DNA of 38,010 nucleotides, taken from Candidatus Poribacteria bacterium (lineage in GTDB: Bacteria > Poribacteria > WGA-4E > WGA-3G). The position numbers were made by a program, and so were the translations under genes. Location of the stretch: positions 1 through 38,010 of the forward strand of contig JAKZUG010000097.1 of the NCBI GenBank assembly GCA_047516705.1. Direction: 5' to 3'. The notes below the pieces were generated by a model. That model saw only the letters and a program-made list of their open reading frames with translations, had not been told where the DNA came from and made no database searches. Shown here piece by piece: positions 6,742 to 15,011 of the stretch. Numbering within the stretch: position 1 is the first letter of the stretch; every line of letters starts with the position of its first letter.

Positions 6742-8415
6742 TTACGAAGGCATCCACGTCCGCGGCGCAATCCCTTCCACATGCGTTTTCACATCCACAA
6801 CCGCAGGCTTACCTGAAGCAAACGCCTGATCCAACGCACCCGCAAGTTCACTCGGCTTGTTCACCGTAATCCCAAAGCACCCCATCGACTCCGCCATCTT
6901 CGCGAAATCCGCATCAGGGAACAACCAGAGTTCATCAGAACCGGATGTCCGACCACCGTAAACCGACTCAACGCCACCTTGCTCCTGATTCAACGAGTGA
7001 TTATTATTCACAACGATAACAGCATTAATGCCACATTTCATCGCTGTATCCAGTTCCGCTATATGATACCAGATGCCGCCATCACCTGTGAAGCAGAGCA
7101 CCGGTCTGTCCGGTTGCGCGCACTTCGCACCCATCGCCGCGGGTACTCCCCATCCCAACGAACCCGAACATCGTATGAAAATCTGGTCGGGGTGTTTAAA
7201 ATCAATCATCGTACCAGTCCAGATCCCCGAATGTCCAGTGTCGGACACAAGGATTGCGTCTGATGGGAGATAGTCTGTCAGTTCACGGCAGAGTCGCTCC
7301 GGTAGCATCGGTAACCGCTCCGAGTTCACTTTATCGCTAACGCTCTCTTTCCAGTTCTGCACTAATTCCTGTACACGGTTAACCCAGTCGGTTCGTGGGG
7401 ATGTGGTTTCTGCCGCTGCAATCATCCGGCGCAGTGTATTCCTCACATCTCCCTGCATCCCTAACTGAATTGGATAGTTCCGTCCGAGTTCATCTGGATT
7501 AATATCGAGTTGTATAATCGGTGTCCCTTGGGGTGGAATCTTATACCCGTTGGTCACCTGTCCACCAGTATGGCTCCCGATAAAGAAGACGAGATCTGTC
7601 TCACAGACAGCTTGATTCGCACACGCCCGCGAATATGAACCGGGAGTGCCTACCGCCAGTGGATGGTCACTGGGGAACATCGCTTTTGCATTCAAGGAGG
7701 TCGCCACTGGGATTGAGAGTTTCTCGGCAAATGCTACAAGTTCTGCGCGTGCATCGGAAGCCGTTACGCCGCCACCCGCCACAATGATAGGTCGTTTCGC
7801 ATCGGTGAGCAATCTGATAGCGTCCGTTACCTTTTCCGCTTCTGCCTTTGGTCGGAAGGGTGGTAGTTGGGCAAATGTGTCTTCAATGATTACCTCAAAT
7901 TCACCCTCGCGATCGATGACTGCTGACCCTGCGATACCTTCCAAGTCGAGATGAGCAGGTCCCGGTGTTCCTGTCGTTGCTGAACGGAACGCTTGGCGTA
8001 GATAGAACGGAAGCTGTTCCCGTGTCCCGACATAAGCACTATATTTGGTAACCGCAGAAAACGGATTAACGTGATCCACCTCTTGATAGGCATGCCGTTG
8101 TTGATTGATTAGGTTCTCCCGACCAGTCAGGGCAATTACTGGCGAGCAGGCGAGATAGGCATCTTGTAACCCCGCGGCGAGGTTAACCGCCCCAACCGAT
8201 TGTGCCATACAGAGGCTTGGGCTACGGTTCACGCGAGCGTACGCATCCGCCATGTATGCAGCCGCTTTCTCGCCGTGTGTCTGAACCCGCTTAATACCAA
8301 GATTTTCCATCTCCATTAAAGCCCGCGGTCCGATATACGGCATAAAAAAAACGTGCGTAATCCCGTAACCGTGAACAGTTTCTGCAATAAATCGAGCACC
8401 CGTCATTTTCGGCAT
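6742..8415 (-). CDS. Thiamine-diphosphate-dependent enzyme (acetolactate synthase large-subunit-like family)
   Basis: 557 aa. The N-terminal Pyr domain is ARFIAETVHGYGITHVFFMPY...GEKAAAYMADAYAR. The TPP-binding motif is GDGGIWYHIAELDTAMKCGINAVIVVNNN. An SD aggaga lies upstream of the ATG at 8415. Substrate is unknown and there is no small subunit nearby. Confidence 0.85.
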   Translation of the reverse strand: MPKMTGARFIAETVHGYGITHVFFMPYIGPRALMEMENLGIKRVQTHGEKAAAYMADAYARVNRSPSLCMAQSVGAVNLAAGLQDAYLACSPVIALTGRENLINQQRHAYQEVDHVNPFSAVTKYSAYVGTREQLPFYLRQAFRSATTGTPGPAHLDLEGIAGSAVIDREGEFEVIIEDTFAQLPPFRPKAEAEKVTDAIRLLTDAKRPIIVAGGGVTASDARAELVAFAEKLSIPVATSLNAKAMFPSDHPLAVGTPGSYSRACANQAVCETDLVFFIGSHTGGQVTNGYKIPPQGTPIIQLDINPDELGRNYPIQLGMQGDVRNTLRRMIAAAETTSPRTDWVNRVQELVQNWKESVSDKVNSERLPMLPERLCRELTDYLPSDAILVSDTGHSGIWTGTMIDFKHPDQIFIRCSGSLGWGVPAAMGAKCAQPDRPVLCFTGDGGIWYHIAELDTAMKCGINAVIVVNNNHSLNQEQGGVESVYGGRTSGSDELWLFPDADFAKMAESMGCFGITVNKPSELAGALDQAFASGKPAVVDVKTHVEGIAPRTWMPS

Positions 8416-8666
8416 AAACTTTTCTCCTCTATCTTTTGGCGTAACTTATACCATTTCTATTTGTATCGTTTTCATAACAGGTCGTCTCCAGAAGTCCCCC
8501 TGATAAGGGGGATTTAGGGGTTTCTTATACGGATAGCACTTTATTTAGGAAATATCTTCCGTAAATGAAACATAATATATTAGAAATGGTATTACAATGC
8601 GATATAGGCTTCATTTTACCAATTTTCAACATAACTTACAAGTATCAACTTAAGATCGAAATAAAT

Positions 8667-8696
8667 TTGATAAGAAATCACCAAAGATGTTATAAT
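8667..8696 (+). promoter_or_regulatory. Candidate sigma70 promoter for the first LamG paralogue (TTGATA-N18-TATAAT)
   Basis: TTGATA at 8667-8672 and TATAAT at 8691-8696, about 90 nt upstream of the ATG at 8787. Confidence 0.4.
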
Positions 8697-8786
8697 GACT
8701 TCAAGGATTTTAGCAAACTATGGGTCTCAAAACTACACCACGGATTTTCATAGATGCGGAAACCTTTCCGCAAGGAGCAACGCACG

Positions 8787-9629
8787 ATGAAAAATCTAAT
8801 CTATCTCTTCACATTCACGCTAATTATCACCACATTTCTCCAAAATGGATATACCGAACCAGTCGTGACAGACGGACTCGTGAGTTATTGGACGTTTGAC
8901 GAGCAGGACATTGCCGGCGGTACGGTTAAAGATGTCTGGGGTGAAAATGACGGCAAAATAGTCGGTAATCCGAAAGTCGTTGACGGACAAGTTGGGGAAG
9001 CACTCGAATTTGACGGCTCTGACGATTATGTGAACTTGACGAACCTCGGCGATTTCGGAGAGCAAGTCGGTACGTCTACGTTTGAAGCTTGGGTCAAGAC
9101 CAGTTTCAAAAATGACTGGACAACCCTTTTCAAAGTCCTTGACCAAGGTTGCAATATGGCATGGGCAATCGATGTCAACCGCAGCGCGAAAGCGGGGTTT
9201 CCGTTTGCTGCGGACATTGTTCACTACTACGTCCGTCAGCAATCAGCGGCAGGCTGTAACGCTATCGCTGTTGAAATTGAGTTTCCACTCTCCGATGGAA
9301 AATGGCATCACATTGTTTTCGCAATTGTAGACCCAGGTGAGTCCGAGGTCAGCATCTATATGGATGGTGAACCACAAGAGATTATTGTCGGCGACGCAAA
9401 GAAACTCGACACTTTTATGCCGTTTGTGGAACCCGTCTATATCGGTGCAGCGAACAATCGCGGCAACGTTGAGCGGCATTTCCCCGGTGTCATTGATGAA
9501 GTTCGTATCTACGACCGTCCGCTCACCGCAGATGAAGTGACCCGAAATTTTGAATCCAAAATCGGATTGTCTGTTCAGGCTGCCGAGAAGCTACCGATCG
9601 TCTGGGGAACCCTGAAGACAGAATTATAG
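8787..9629 (+). CDS. Secreted LamG (Laminin_G_3) domain protein, paralogue 1 of 3
   Basis: The start was chosen at the internal ATG preceded by aaggag, which gives the signal peptide MKNLIYLFTFTLIITTFLQNG. LamG motifs are GLVSYWTFDE, ALEFDGSDDYVNL, WHHIVFAI and IDEVRIYDRPLTADEV. Confidence 0.85.
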   Translation: MKNLIYLFTFTLIITTFLQNGYTEPVVTDGLVSYWTFDEQDIAGGTVKDVWGENDGKIVGNPKVVDGQVGEALEFDGSDDYVNLTNLGDFGEQVGTSTFEAWVKTSFKNDWTTLFKVLDQGCNMAWAIDVNRSAKAGFPFAADIVHYYVRQQSAAGCNAIAVEIEFPLSDGKWHHIVFAIVDPGESEVSIYMDGEPQEIIVGDAKKLDTFMPFVEPVYIGAANNRGNVERHFPGVIDEVRIYDRPLTADEVTRNFESKIGLSVQAAEKLPIVWGTLKTEL

Positions 9630-9818
9630 AACAGGAAATGAGTATTCCCTTTGTTCATGTGATGGATTTCTAACGTCTCCAAATTTAGACTTCTATAAGA
9701 AGGTTGGAAAATGAAAGAATCTGTCTATCAAAAATATTTGAAGGCAGACGCTATAAGTGTCTATTGTGTAGGCAGGATTTTACTGCGCGACTTTCGCGCA
9801 CCTAAAGGAGCGGTTATT

Positions 9819-10661
9819 ATGAAAAGCCTAATCTATCTCCTCGCAACCACGCTAATTATTACTATGCTTCTCCAAAACGGGCACACACAACCCATCGTGA
9901 CAGACGGACTCGTGAGTTATTGGACGTTTGACGAGCAGGACATTACCGGCTTTACAGTCAAAGATGTCTGGGGTGAAAATGATGGTAAAATAGTCGGTAA
10001 TCCGCAAGTCGTTGATGGGCAAGTCGGAGAGGCACTCGAATTTGACGGTGCTAACGACTATGTCAACTTGACGAACCTCGGCGATTTTGGAGAGAAAATC
10101 GGTACATCTACATTTGAGGTTTGGATGAAAACCAGTTTTAAAAATGACTGGACAACCCTTTTCAAAGTCCTTGACCAAGGTTGTAACATGGCATGGGCAA
10201 TTGAGCCCAACCGGAGCGCGCAAGCCGGGTTCCCATTTGCTGAAGGTATCATTCACTACTACGTCCGTCAGCAATCGGCAGCGGGCTGTACCGCCATCGC
10301 TGTTGAAATCGAATTTCCGATCTCCGATGGGCAATGGCACCATATCGTTTTCGCAATTGTGGATGCTGGTAAAGCCGAAGTCAGCATTTATATGGACGGC
10401 GAGCCACAAGAGATCATCGTCGGCGACGCAAAGGAACTCGACAATTTTGTTCCATTTGTAGAACCCATCTTTATCGGTGCGGGGAATAATCGCGGTGCCG
10501 TCAGCCGACATTTCCCTGGCACCATTGATGAAGTCCGCATTTATGATCGACCCCTCACAGCGGATGAAGTGACCCGAAACTTTGAATCCAAAATAGGTTT
10601 GTCTGTTGAAGCAGCCGAGAAGCTACCTATCGTTTGGGGCAACTTGAAGACACAATTGTAG
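9819..10661 (+). CDS. Secreted LamG domain protein, paralogue 2 of 3
   Basis: The ATG at 9819 follows aaaggag and gives the signal peptide MKSLIYLLATTLIITMLLQNG. By eye it is roughly 85% identical to paralogue 1. The track start at 9711 lies in the conserved leader. Confidence 0.85.
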   Translation: MKSLIYLLATTLIITMLLQNGHTQPIVTDGLVSYWTFDEQDITGFTVKDVWGENDGKIVGNPQVVDGQVGEALEFDGANDYVNLTNLGDFGEKIGTSTFEVWMKTSFKNDWTTLFKVLDQGCNMAWAIEPNRSAQAGFPFAEGIIHYYVRQQSAAGCTAIAVEIEFPISDGQWHHIVFAIVDAGKAEVSIYMDGEPQEIIVGDAKELDNFVPFVEPIFIGAGNNRGAVSRHFPGTIDEVRIYDRPLTADEVTRNFESKIGLSVEAAEKLPIVWGNLKTQL

Positions 10662-10712
10662 AACGAAATCGGATAGGTCGCTATATAACCCCTAACTTCT
10701 CCAAATTTAGAT

Positions 10713-10742
10713 TTGCATAAAAACGTTGGAGAATGATATAAT
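10713..10742 (+). promoter_or_regulatory. Candidate sigma70 promoter for the third LamG paralogue (TTGCAT-N18-TATAAT), followed by a conserved leader hairpin at 10741-10771
   Basis: TTGCAT at 10713-10718 and TATAAT at 10737-10742. The hairpin is atctgcct-N15-aggcagat. A homologous, weaker version lies upstream of paralogue 2 (about 9690-9760). Confidence 0.45.
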
Positions 10743-10839
10743 CTGCCTATCAAAAAGATTTGAAGGCAGATTCCATAAGTGTCCATTGTATAGGTATACC
10801 TTACTGCATGACTTCTGCGAATTCAAAGGAGCAGTTACC

Positions 10840-11811
10840 ATGAAAAAACTCATCTTTCTCCTTACATTCATATTTACGATTACTATGTTTTCCCATAACG
10901 GGAATACGGCACCGGTGACAGATGGGCTTGTGAGTTACTGGACGTTTGACCAGCAGAACATTGCCGGCAACACAGCCAAGGATGTCTGGGGCAAAAACGA
11001 TGGAACAATTGTAGGAAATCCCAAACGTGTTGCCGGTCGAGTGAACGGTGCTTTGGAATTTGACGGCTCTGATGATTATGTGAACCTGACAAACCTCGGT
11101 GATTTTGGGGGGCAGGTCGGTACGTCTACATTTGAAGCTTGGATCAAAACTAGTTTGAGGGAAGACCGCTGGACCACGCTTTTCAAAGTTCGAGATGTTG
11201 ACTTTGCTGACCGTGATCCAGGGGGCATCAAAATCGGAGGCCCGGACTGTGGTATGGGGTGGGGAATTGATCTCAATGGATGGGCGAAACCCGCCATTTT
11301 TGCCAAATTGGGACTGAAACCATGGCATTTTGTTGAAAACCTTATAATAAATGACGATGATAGCATTAGTTTCGATAAGGACATCATTCGCTTTTATCTT
11401 ACTCATAAATTAAGAGCGCATAGATGCTGGAATTCAACCTCTGGATGGCGGTTCCCGATTTCAGATGGAGAATGGCATCACCTTGTTTATATAAACGGCG
11501 TGCCTTATGTAGATGAAAACGGACGCGAGTTGCGAGAAAGAGCTATCTTTATAGACGGTAAACGGGAATGGCTCAGTAGGCACCGATGGGAACCCGGCGA
11601 TTTTATCCCGTTCACGGAACCTGTCTATCTTGGCGCGGGGAACAATCGTGGTGAGGCAGAAGCGTTTTACAACGGCATCATTGACGAAGTCCGTATTTAC
11701 AACCGACCTCTCACTGCAGACGAAGTGAGCCAGAATTTTGAAATCGGACTATCCGTTGAGGCAGCCGAGAAACTGCCTGTCGTTTGGGGTGCTCTGAAGA
11801 CAGCGCAGTAG
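10840..11811 (+). CDS. Secreted LamG domain protein, paralogue 3 of 3, with roughly 40-50 extra residues (indels in the central part of the fold)
   Basis: The ATG at 10840 follows caaaggag and gives the signal peptide MKKLIFLLTFIFTITMFSHNG. The N- and C-terminal LamG motifs match paralogues 1 and 2, and the extra sequence (residues DVDFADRDPGG...SISFDKDIIRFYL) sits between them. Confidence 0.85.
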   Translation: MKKLIFLLTFIFTITMFSHNGNTAPVTDGLVSYWTFDQQNIAGNTAKDVWGKNDGTIVGNPKRVAGRVNGALEFDGSDDYVNLTNLGDFGGQVGTSTFEAWIKTSLREDRWTTLFKVRDVDFADRDPGGIKIGGPDCGMGWGIDLNGWAKPAIFAKLGLKPWHFVENLIINDDDSISFDKDIIRFYLTHKLRAHRCWNSTSGWRFPISDGEWHHLVYINGVPYVDENGRELRERAIFIDGKREWLSRHRWEPGDFIPFTEPVYLGAGNNRGEAEAFYNGIIDEVRIYNRPLTADEVSQNFEIGLSVEAAEKLPVVWGALKTAQ

Positions 11812-11844
11812 CGTTACATTAACAACAGCCGTAAAAGGAATTTA

Positions 11845-12630
11845 ATGCTAACACCTCACGAAAAATGGTTCTTTGACCACCACGGATTCATTATCCTCCG
11901 CAAAGTCGTGCCACCTGAGGATGTCGAGCGAATGATTGAACTCGGTAACCAGTGGCACGAAACGCCTCTTGATAAATTGCCATCACCGCTCGCGTCCACT
12001 TCCCGTACCGGTAAAGCTTCGCCAACGATTGCCCACTGGATCAATCATATCCAATACGGTGATCCGGTGTTCCAACGGCTTGTCCTCAACCGAGAGATTA
12101 TGCGCGTGATTATTGCCCTGACGCGAGGGACTCCTTGTCTCGTTGACTGTGCACTAACTAAGAACTATAAAACCTCCGATGACATCCACTTCCATGCGGC
12201 GGGTAAAGATTACAGTGTTGAAGAATTAGGACCTCGCGCAGGTTTCCTCAATGCCGGTATCTCCTTGGTTGATGTACCACTCGGAACAGGGTTCGTTTGC
12301 CTGCCCGGAAGCCATAAGCGTAACTTTGATCCACCAGAGAACCTCTCCATTTACGACGGACCGCCTACGGTTATCAATGTCCCAGTCAACGCCGGCGACT
12401 GTGTTATCTTTACAGAAGCACTCTATCACGGCGGAAGACGCTGGACCGAAGATTATCCGCGCTACACTATCTTCAATCGGTATATTGACAACGGATCACA
12501 CAGTGCCCTTCCTATTGAAAGCCATAAACATTTGATTTCGGATGAGGTTTATGAATTGGAACAGCCAGCAATTCACGGGCAACGGAAACAGGTAGTAGAA
12601 CAAATCCTAAGCGAGTTAGAGGCTAACTGA
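11845..12630 (+). CDS. Phytanoyl-CoA dioxygenase (PhyH) family Fe(II)/2-oxoglutarate oxygenase
   Basis: 261 aa. The N-terminus FFDHHGFIILRKVVPPEDVERM is typical of PhyH. His-containing segments are DDIHFHAAG and TEALYHGG. It is tightly spaced with its neighbours (33 nt and 9 nt gaps). Confidence 0.65.
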   Translation: MLTPHEKWFFDHHGFIILRKVVPPEDVERMIELGNQWHETPLDKLPSPLASTSRTGKASPTIAHWINHIQYGDPVFQRLVLNREIMRVIIALTRGTPCLVDCALTKNYKTSDDIHFHAAGKDYSVEELGPRAGFLNAGISLVDVPLGTGFVCLPGSHKRNFDPPENLSIYDGPPTVINVPVNAGDCVIFTEALYHGGRRWTEDYPRYTIFNRYIDNGSHSALPIESHKHLISDEVYELEQPAIHGQRKQVVEQILSELEAN

Positions 12631-12639
12631 GATTCTACA

Positions 12640-14751
12640 ATGCAGACACACCAACCATATCCACTTGGCGAACCAAGGCAAATGGCAACCTACCAGTATG
12701 ACAGTGAAGATCTGCTGTCCAGTACCTTTGTGAAGACATTTACCGTGACGCTTGGTTCGGTCAAAGAAGAGGTAGGCATGCCATATCAGTGGATGTGTCT
12801 CCGGGCAACGAAAGCAAACGGTGAGAAATTCGCAATCTGGTTACTCACTGAAAGTGCACCGTCCGACGATCTCGCCGTGGACCGTGCGACAACGTCCCGC
12901 TACATTTTACAGATCCAAGACGACACACCGTTGGAGTTCCAGAATAAGTTTACCGGCAAACCTGTCTTGCCTGCGCTCGGTGCATGGCAATATCTTTTCC
13001 CAAAACCTATTGACAAAACGACCCAAAATGAACTTTTCCCGCAAACAGTGAAATACCTTGGGCATACCTATCATCTCGCACACCTATCCGATTCAGGCGA
13101 ATCTGCCGAATCCCCCGACACGCACATTCTCTATCTCCACCCCGATGTCCTTATCGGACCGCCGAGCAACACAAGGCAGAAGGACGAGGCGCGACGTTAT
13201 GATATGTCCGACTATGAACTCATACCTCTCACAGAAACCGATTACGATGAGATGATTGCGGCGGGCATCAATTGTGTCCGCGTTGATGCGGAGCAGGTTG
13301 AGTGGGTTGAAAGACGCAATGTCTTTTATTGGGGAATCGACGCGGCTACGCTCGGCTATCCTGAGTGCCTATACCGAAGTAACTACCTCGGTTCTGCTAT
13401 CTTCATGGATGAACCTGCTGTCTGCACACGCGATCATGTGCTTAGACCCAAGCTGGAAGCAGATCCTGCGTTTCGGAAAGAACTGACACCACAGCTCGCA
13501 TTTGAGGCGTTTCAAGGCTACTTCCATACCGCCAAATACGACGGTGCCCCCACCCGTCTATGCAAAAGTTTGGAAGCACATCCGGATGTAGACCTGGGGG
13601 ACATGAAGTTTCTTCAGCAGAATCTCTATACATGGGAGACAATGATCAGTTCGGCGGCATACCAACTATCGGAGGGAAACACGGAAACGCCTGCCGCTAT
13701 AGTCTTTGAGCCACCCGGTCGCGTCGGGACGATGAGAACACTGCCCGAAATGAATATGACCTACGGTTGCCAAATCCCGATAGATGATCCAAAAAATCTG
13801 GCAAGTATCCTCTACGGATTCCTTCGCGGTGCCGCAAGACAAACCGATAAAAATTGGGGCATGAGTATCTACGGACAAGTGCATCGCGCCGATGCCTTCT
13901 GGCTGCAGACACACGCTTACGACTTAGGCGCGCGCCATTTCCACTACTGGGATAACTATCAACTTGCCTGTGTGCCTTACAGCGAAGTTCTTGCGCTCTC
14001 GCGAAATCTGAGTGCCCATGTTGAAAGTCATCCATGTAGAAATCTTGATAAACTCCGCACAGCAGCGGAGATAGTTATTCTCCTACCATCGGGCTACAAT
14101 CTGGGGCATGTTGAGATGGGAAGGGGCAATCTCTGGGGTTTAGGAGAACTCAATTTAGAAAGACACAATAGAGAAGGCATCAAATACCGGACCGTGATGC
14201 ATAACTTTTTTACCGAAATTGAGAGAGCTATTCGATTAGGTATCGCCTTCGATTTGCTATGGGATTTAGAAGGGCTCGATCTGTCCGGTTATCGCGAAAT
14301 CGTCCGTATTCGGGAAGATGGTAAGGTAGAGGTAACAGAAGGGAACGAAACAGTTTTACACGAAAGCACGAGAACACCAACCCGACCGAATGGCATCCCA
14401 CCAAAACTGACCGTTGATGTGTCTATTCCACAAGGTAAAACACCCCTTGAAGTCTGTGCCAGCGCGACTGTAACCGAAGGATCTGCCTCAGTCTACTACA
14501 CACGCGGCGCAGACGAAAACGGTATCTACAATAACGAGAGGGTACTCTGGGAATTGTTCGGTCCGGAGGAAGAAGATTACCGTTTTTTGAACAGAGAGCA
14601 ATCCAAAGTTCGCATCCATCAAACGGGATCCACAACTGAAGTGGAGATTCGTTTTAGTCTGAAACGCCCCGGAAATTACCGCCTTCGCGCTGCAACTGTT
14701 GACGTAGCAGGTCGCACAGCAGTGGCATGGAAAACCATCACCGTCCTTTAG
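12640..14751 (+). CDS. Large hypothetical protein, possibly a barrel-type hydrolase core plus a C-terminal Ig-like beta-sandwich. No family recognised.
   Basis: 703-aa ORF with no signal peptide. Segments such as AIFMDEPAV and ARHFHYWDNY resemble glycosidase-like active-site strands, but this is only an impression. The C-terminus (LTVDVSIPQGKTPLEV...NYRLRAATVDVAGRTAVAWKTITV) is beta-rich. Confidence 0.6.
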   Translation: MQTHQPYPLGEPRQMATYQYDSEDLLSSTFVKTFTVTLGSVKEEVGMPYQWMCLRATKANGEKFAIWLLTESAPSDDLAVDRATTSRYILQIQDDTPLEFQNKFTGKPVLPALGAWQYLFPKPIDKTTQNELFPQTVKYLGHTYHLAHLSDSGESAESPDTHILYLHPDVLIGPPSNTRQKDEARRYDMSDYELIPLTETDYDEMIAAGINCVRVDAEQVEWVERRNVFYWGIDAATLGYPECLYRSNYLGSAIFMDEPAVCTRDHVLRPKLEADPAFRKELTPQLAFEAFQGYFHTAKYDGAPTRLCKSLEAHPDVDLGDMKFLQQNLYTWETMISSAAYQLSEGNTETPAAIVFEPPGRVGTMRTLPEMNMTYGCQIPIDDPKNLASILYGFLRGAARQTDKNWGMSIYGQVHRADAFWLQTHAYDLGARHFHYWDNYQLACVPYSEVLALSRNLSAHVESHPCRNLDKLRTAAEIVILLPSGYNLGHVEMGRGNLWGLGELNLERHNREGIKYRTVMHNFFTEIERAIRLGIAFDLLWDLEGLDLSGYREIVRIREDGKVEVTEGNETVLHESTRTPTRPNGIPPKLTVDVSIPQGKTPLEVCASATVTEGSASVYYTRGADENGIYNNERVLWELFGPEEEDYRFLNREQSKVRIHQTGSTTEVEIRFSLKRPGNYRLRAATVDVAGRTAVAWKTITVL

Positions 14752-14774
14752 TAATCAGGGCTAATCTCAACCTG

Positions 14775-14880
14775 TTTTGGCATATTCTTGTAGGAGCGAG
14801 CTGTGCTCGCGATTAGTATTTTGGCATGCTCTTGCTGTAGGAGCGAGCTGTGCTCGCGATTAGTGTTTTGGCTCGCGATA
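14775..14880. repeat. Tandem REP unit with a ~46-bp period, about 2.3 copies. Each unit carries tGTAGGAGCGAGCtgtGCTCGCgatt.
   Basis: Copies lie at 14775-14818 and 14819-14865, with a partial copy at 14866-14880. The hairpin is GCGAGC-tgt-GCTCGC. The array sits between the stop at 14751 and the sigma-factor start at 15012. Confidence 0.85.
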
Positions 14881-15011
14881 TTTTACCCCCTATTTCAAAT
14901 TTTCCCAATTTAATTATAGAATTTTTCCTAAATCTTGCATTTTATGCAACCTTTCTGTCGTCAATTCCTATCTTAACATTTTGAAAGACAACATGTTTTA
15001 GGAGGTGGTGC

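Noticed and set aside
8565-8753. A 62-aa ORF in the divergent intergenic region upstream of the first LamG gene
   Set aside because: It is very A/T-rich with low-complexity translation, it contains the best promoter candidate (8667-8696), and it has no SD. It is most likely non-coding.
9711-10839. Track-predicted upstream starts for LamG paralogues 2 and 3 (9711 and 10726), which would add 36-38 N-terminal residues
   Set aside because: The extensions run through the conserved promoter and leader (a TATAAT box lies inside the 10726 'coding' region). Internal ATGs with aaggag SDs give canonical signal peptides matching paralogue 1.
8820-11406. Long antisense ORFs inside all three LamG genes (8820-9242, 9852-10511, 10801-11406), with similar peptide sequences to one another
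   Set aside because: Their mutual similarity simply mirrors the sense-strand paralogy. They have no independent start context or signal. The sense frames carry clear LamG motifs and signal peptides.
14881-15011. A search for an ECF-type autoregulatory promoter (GGAAC-N16-CGTC-like) upstream of the sigma gene. A tgcaacc...cgtc pair is present at about 14945-14962.
   Set aside because: The spacing between the AAC and CGTC elements is only about 8 nt, far from the 16-17 nt expected, so no promoter is called.
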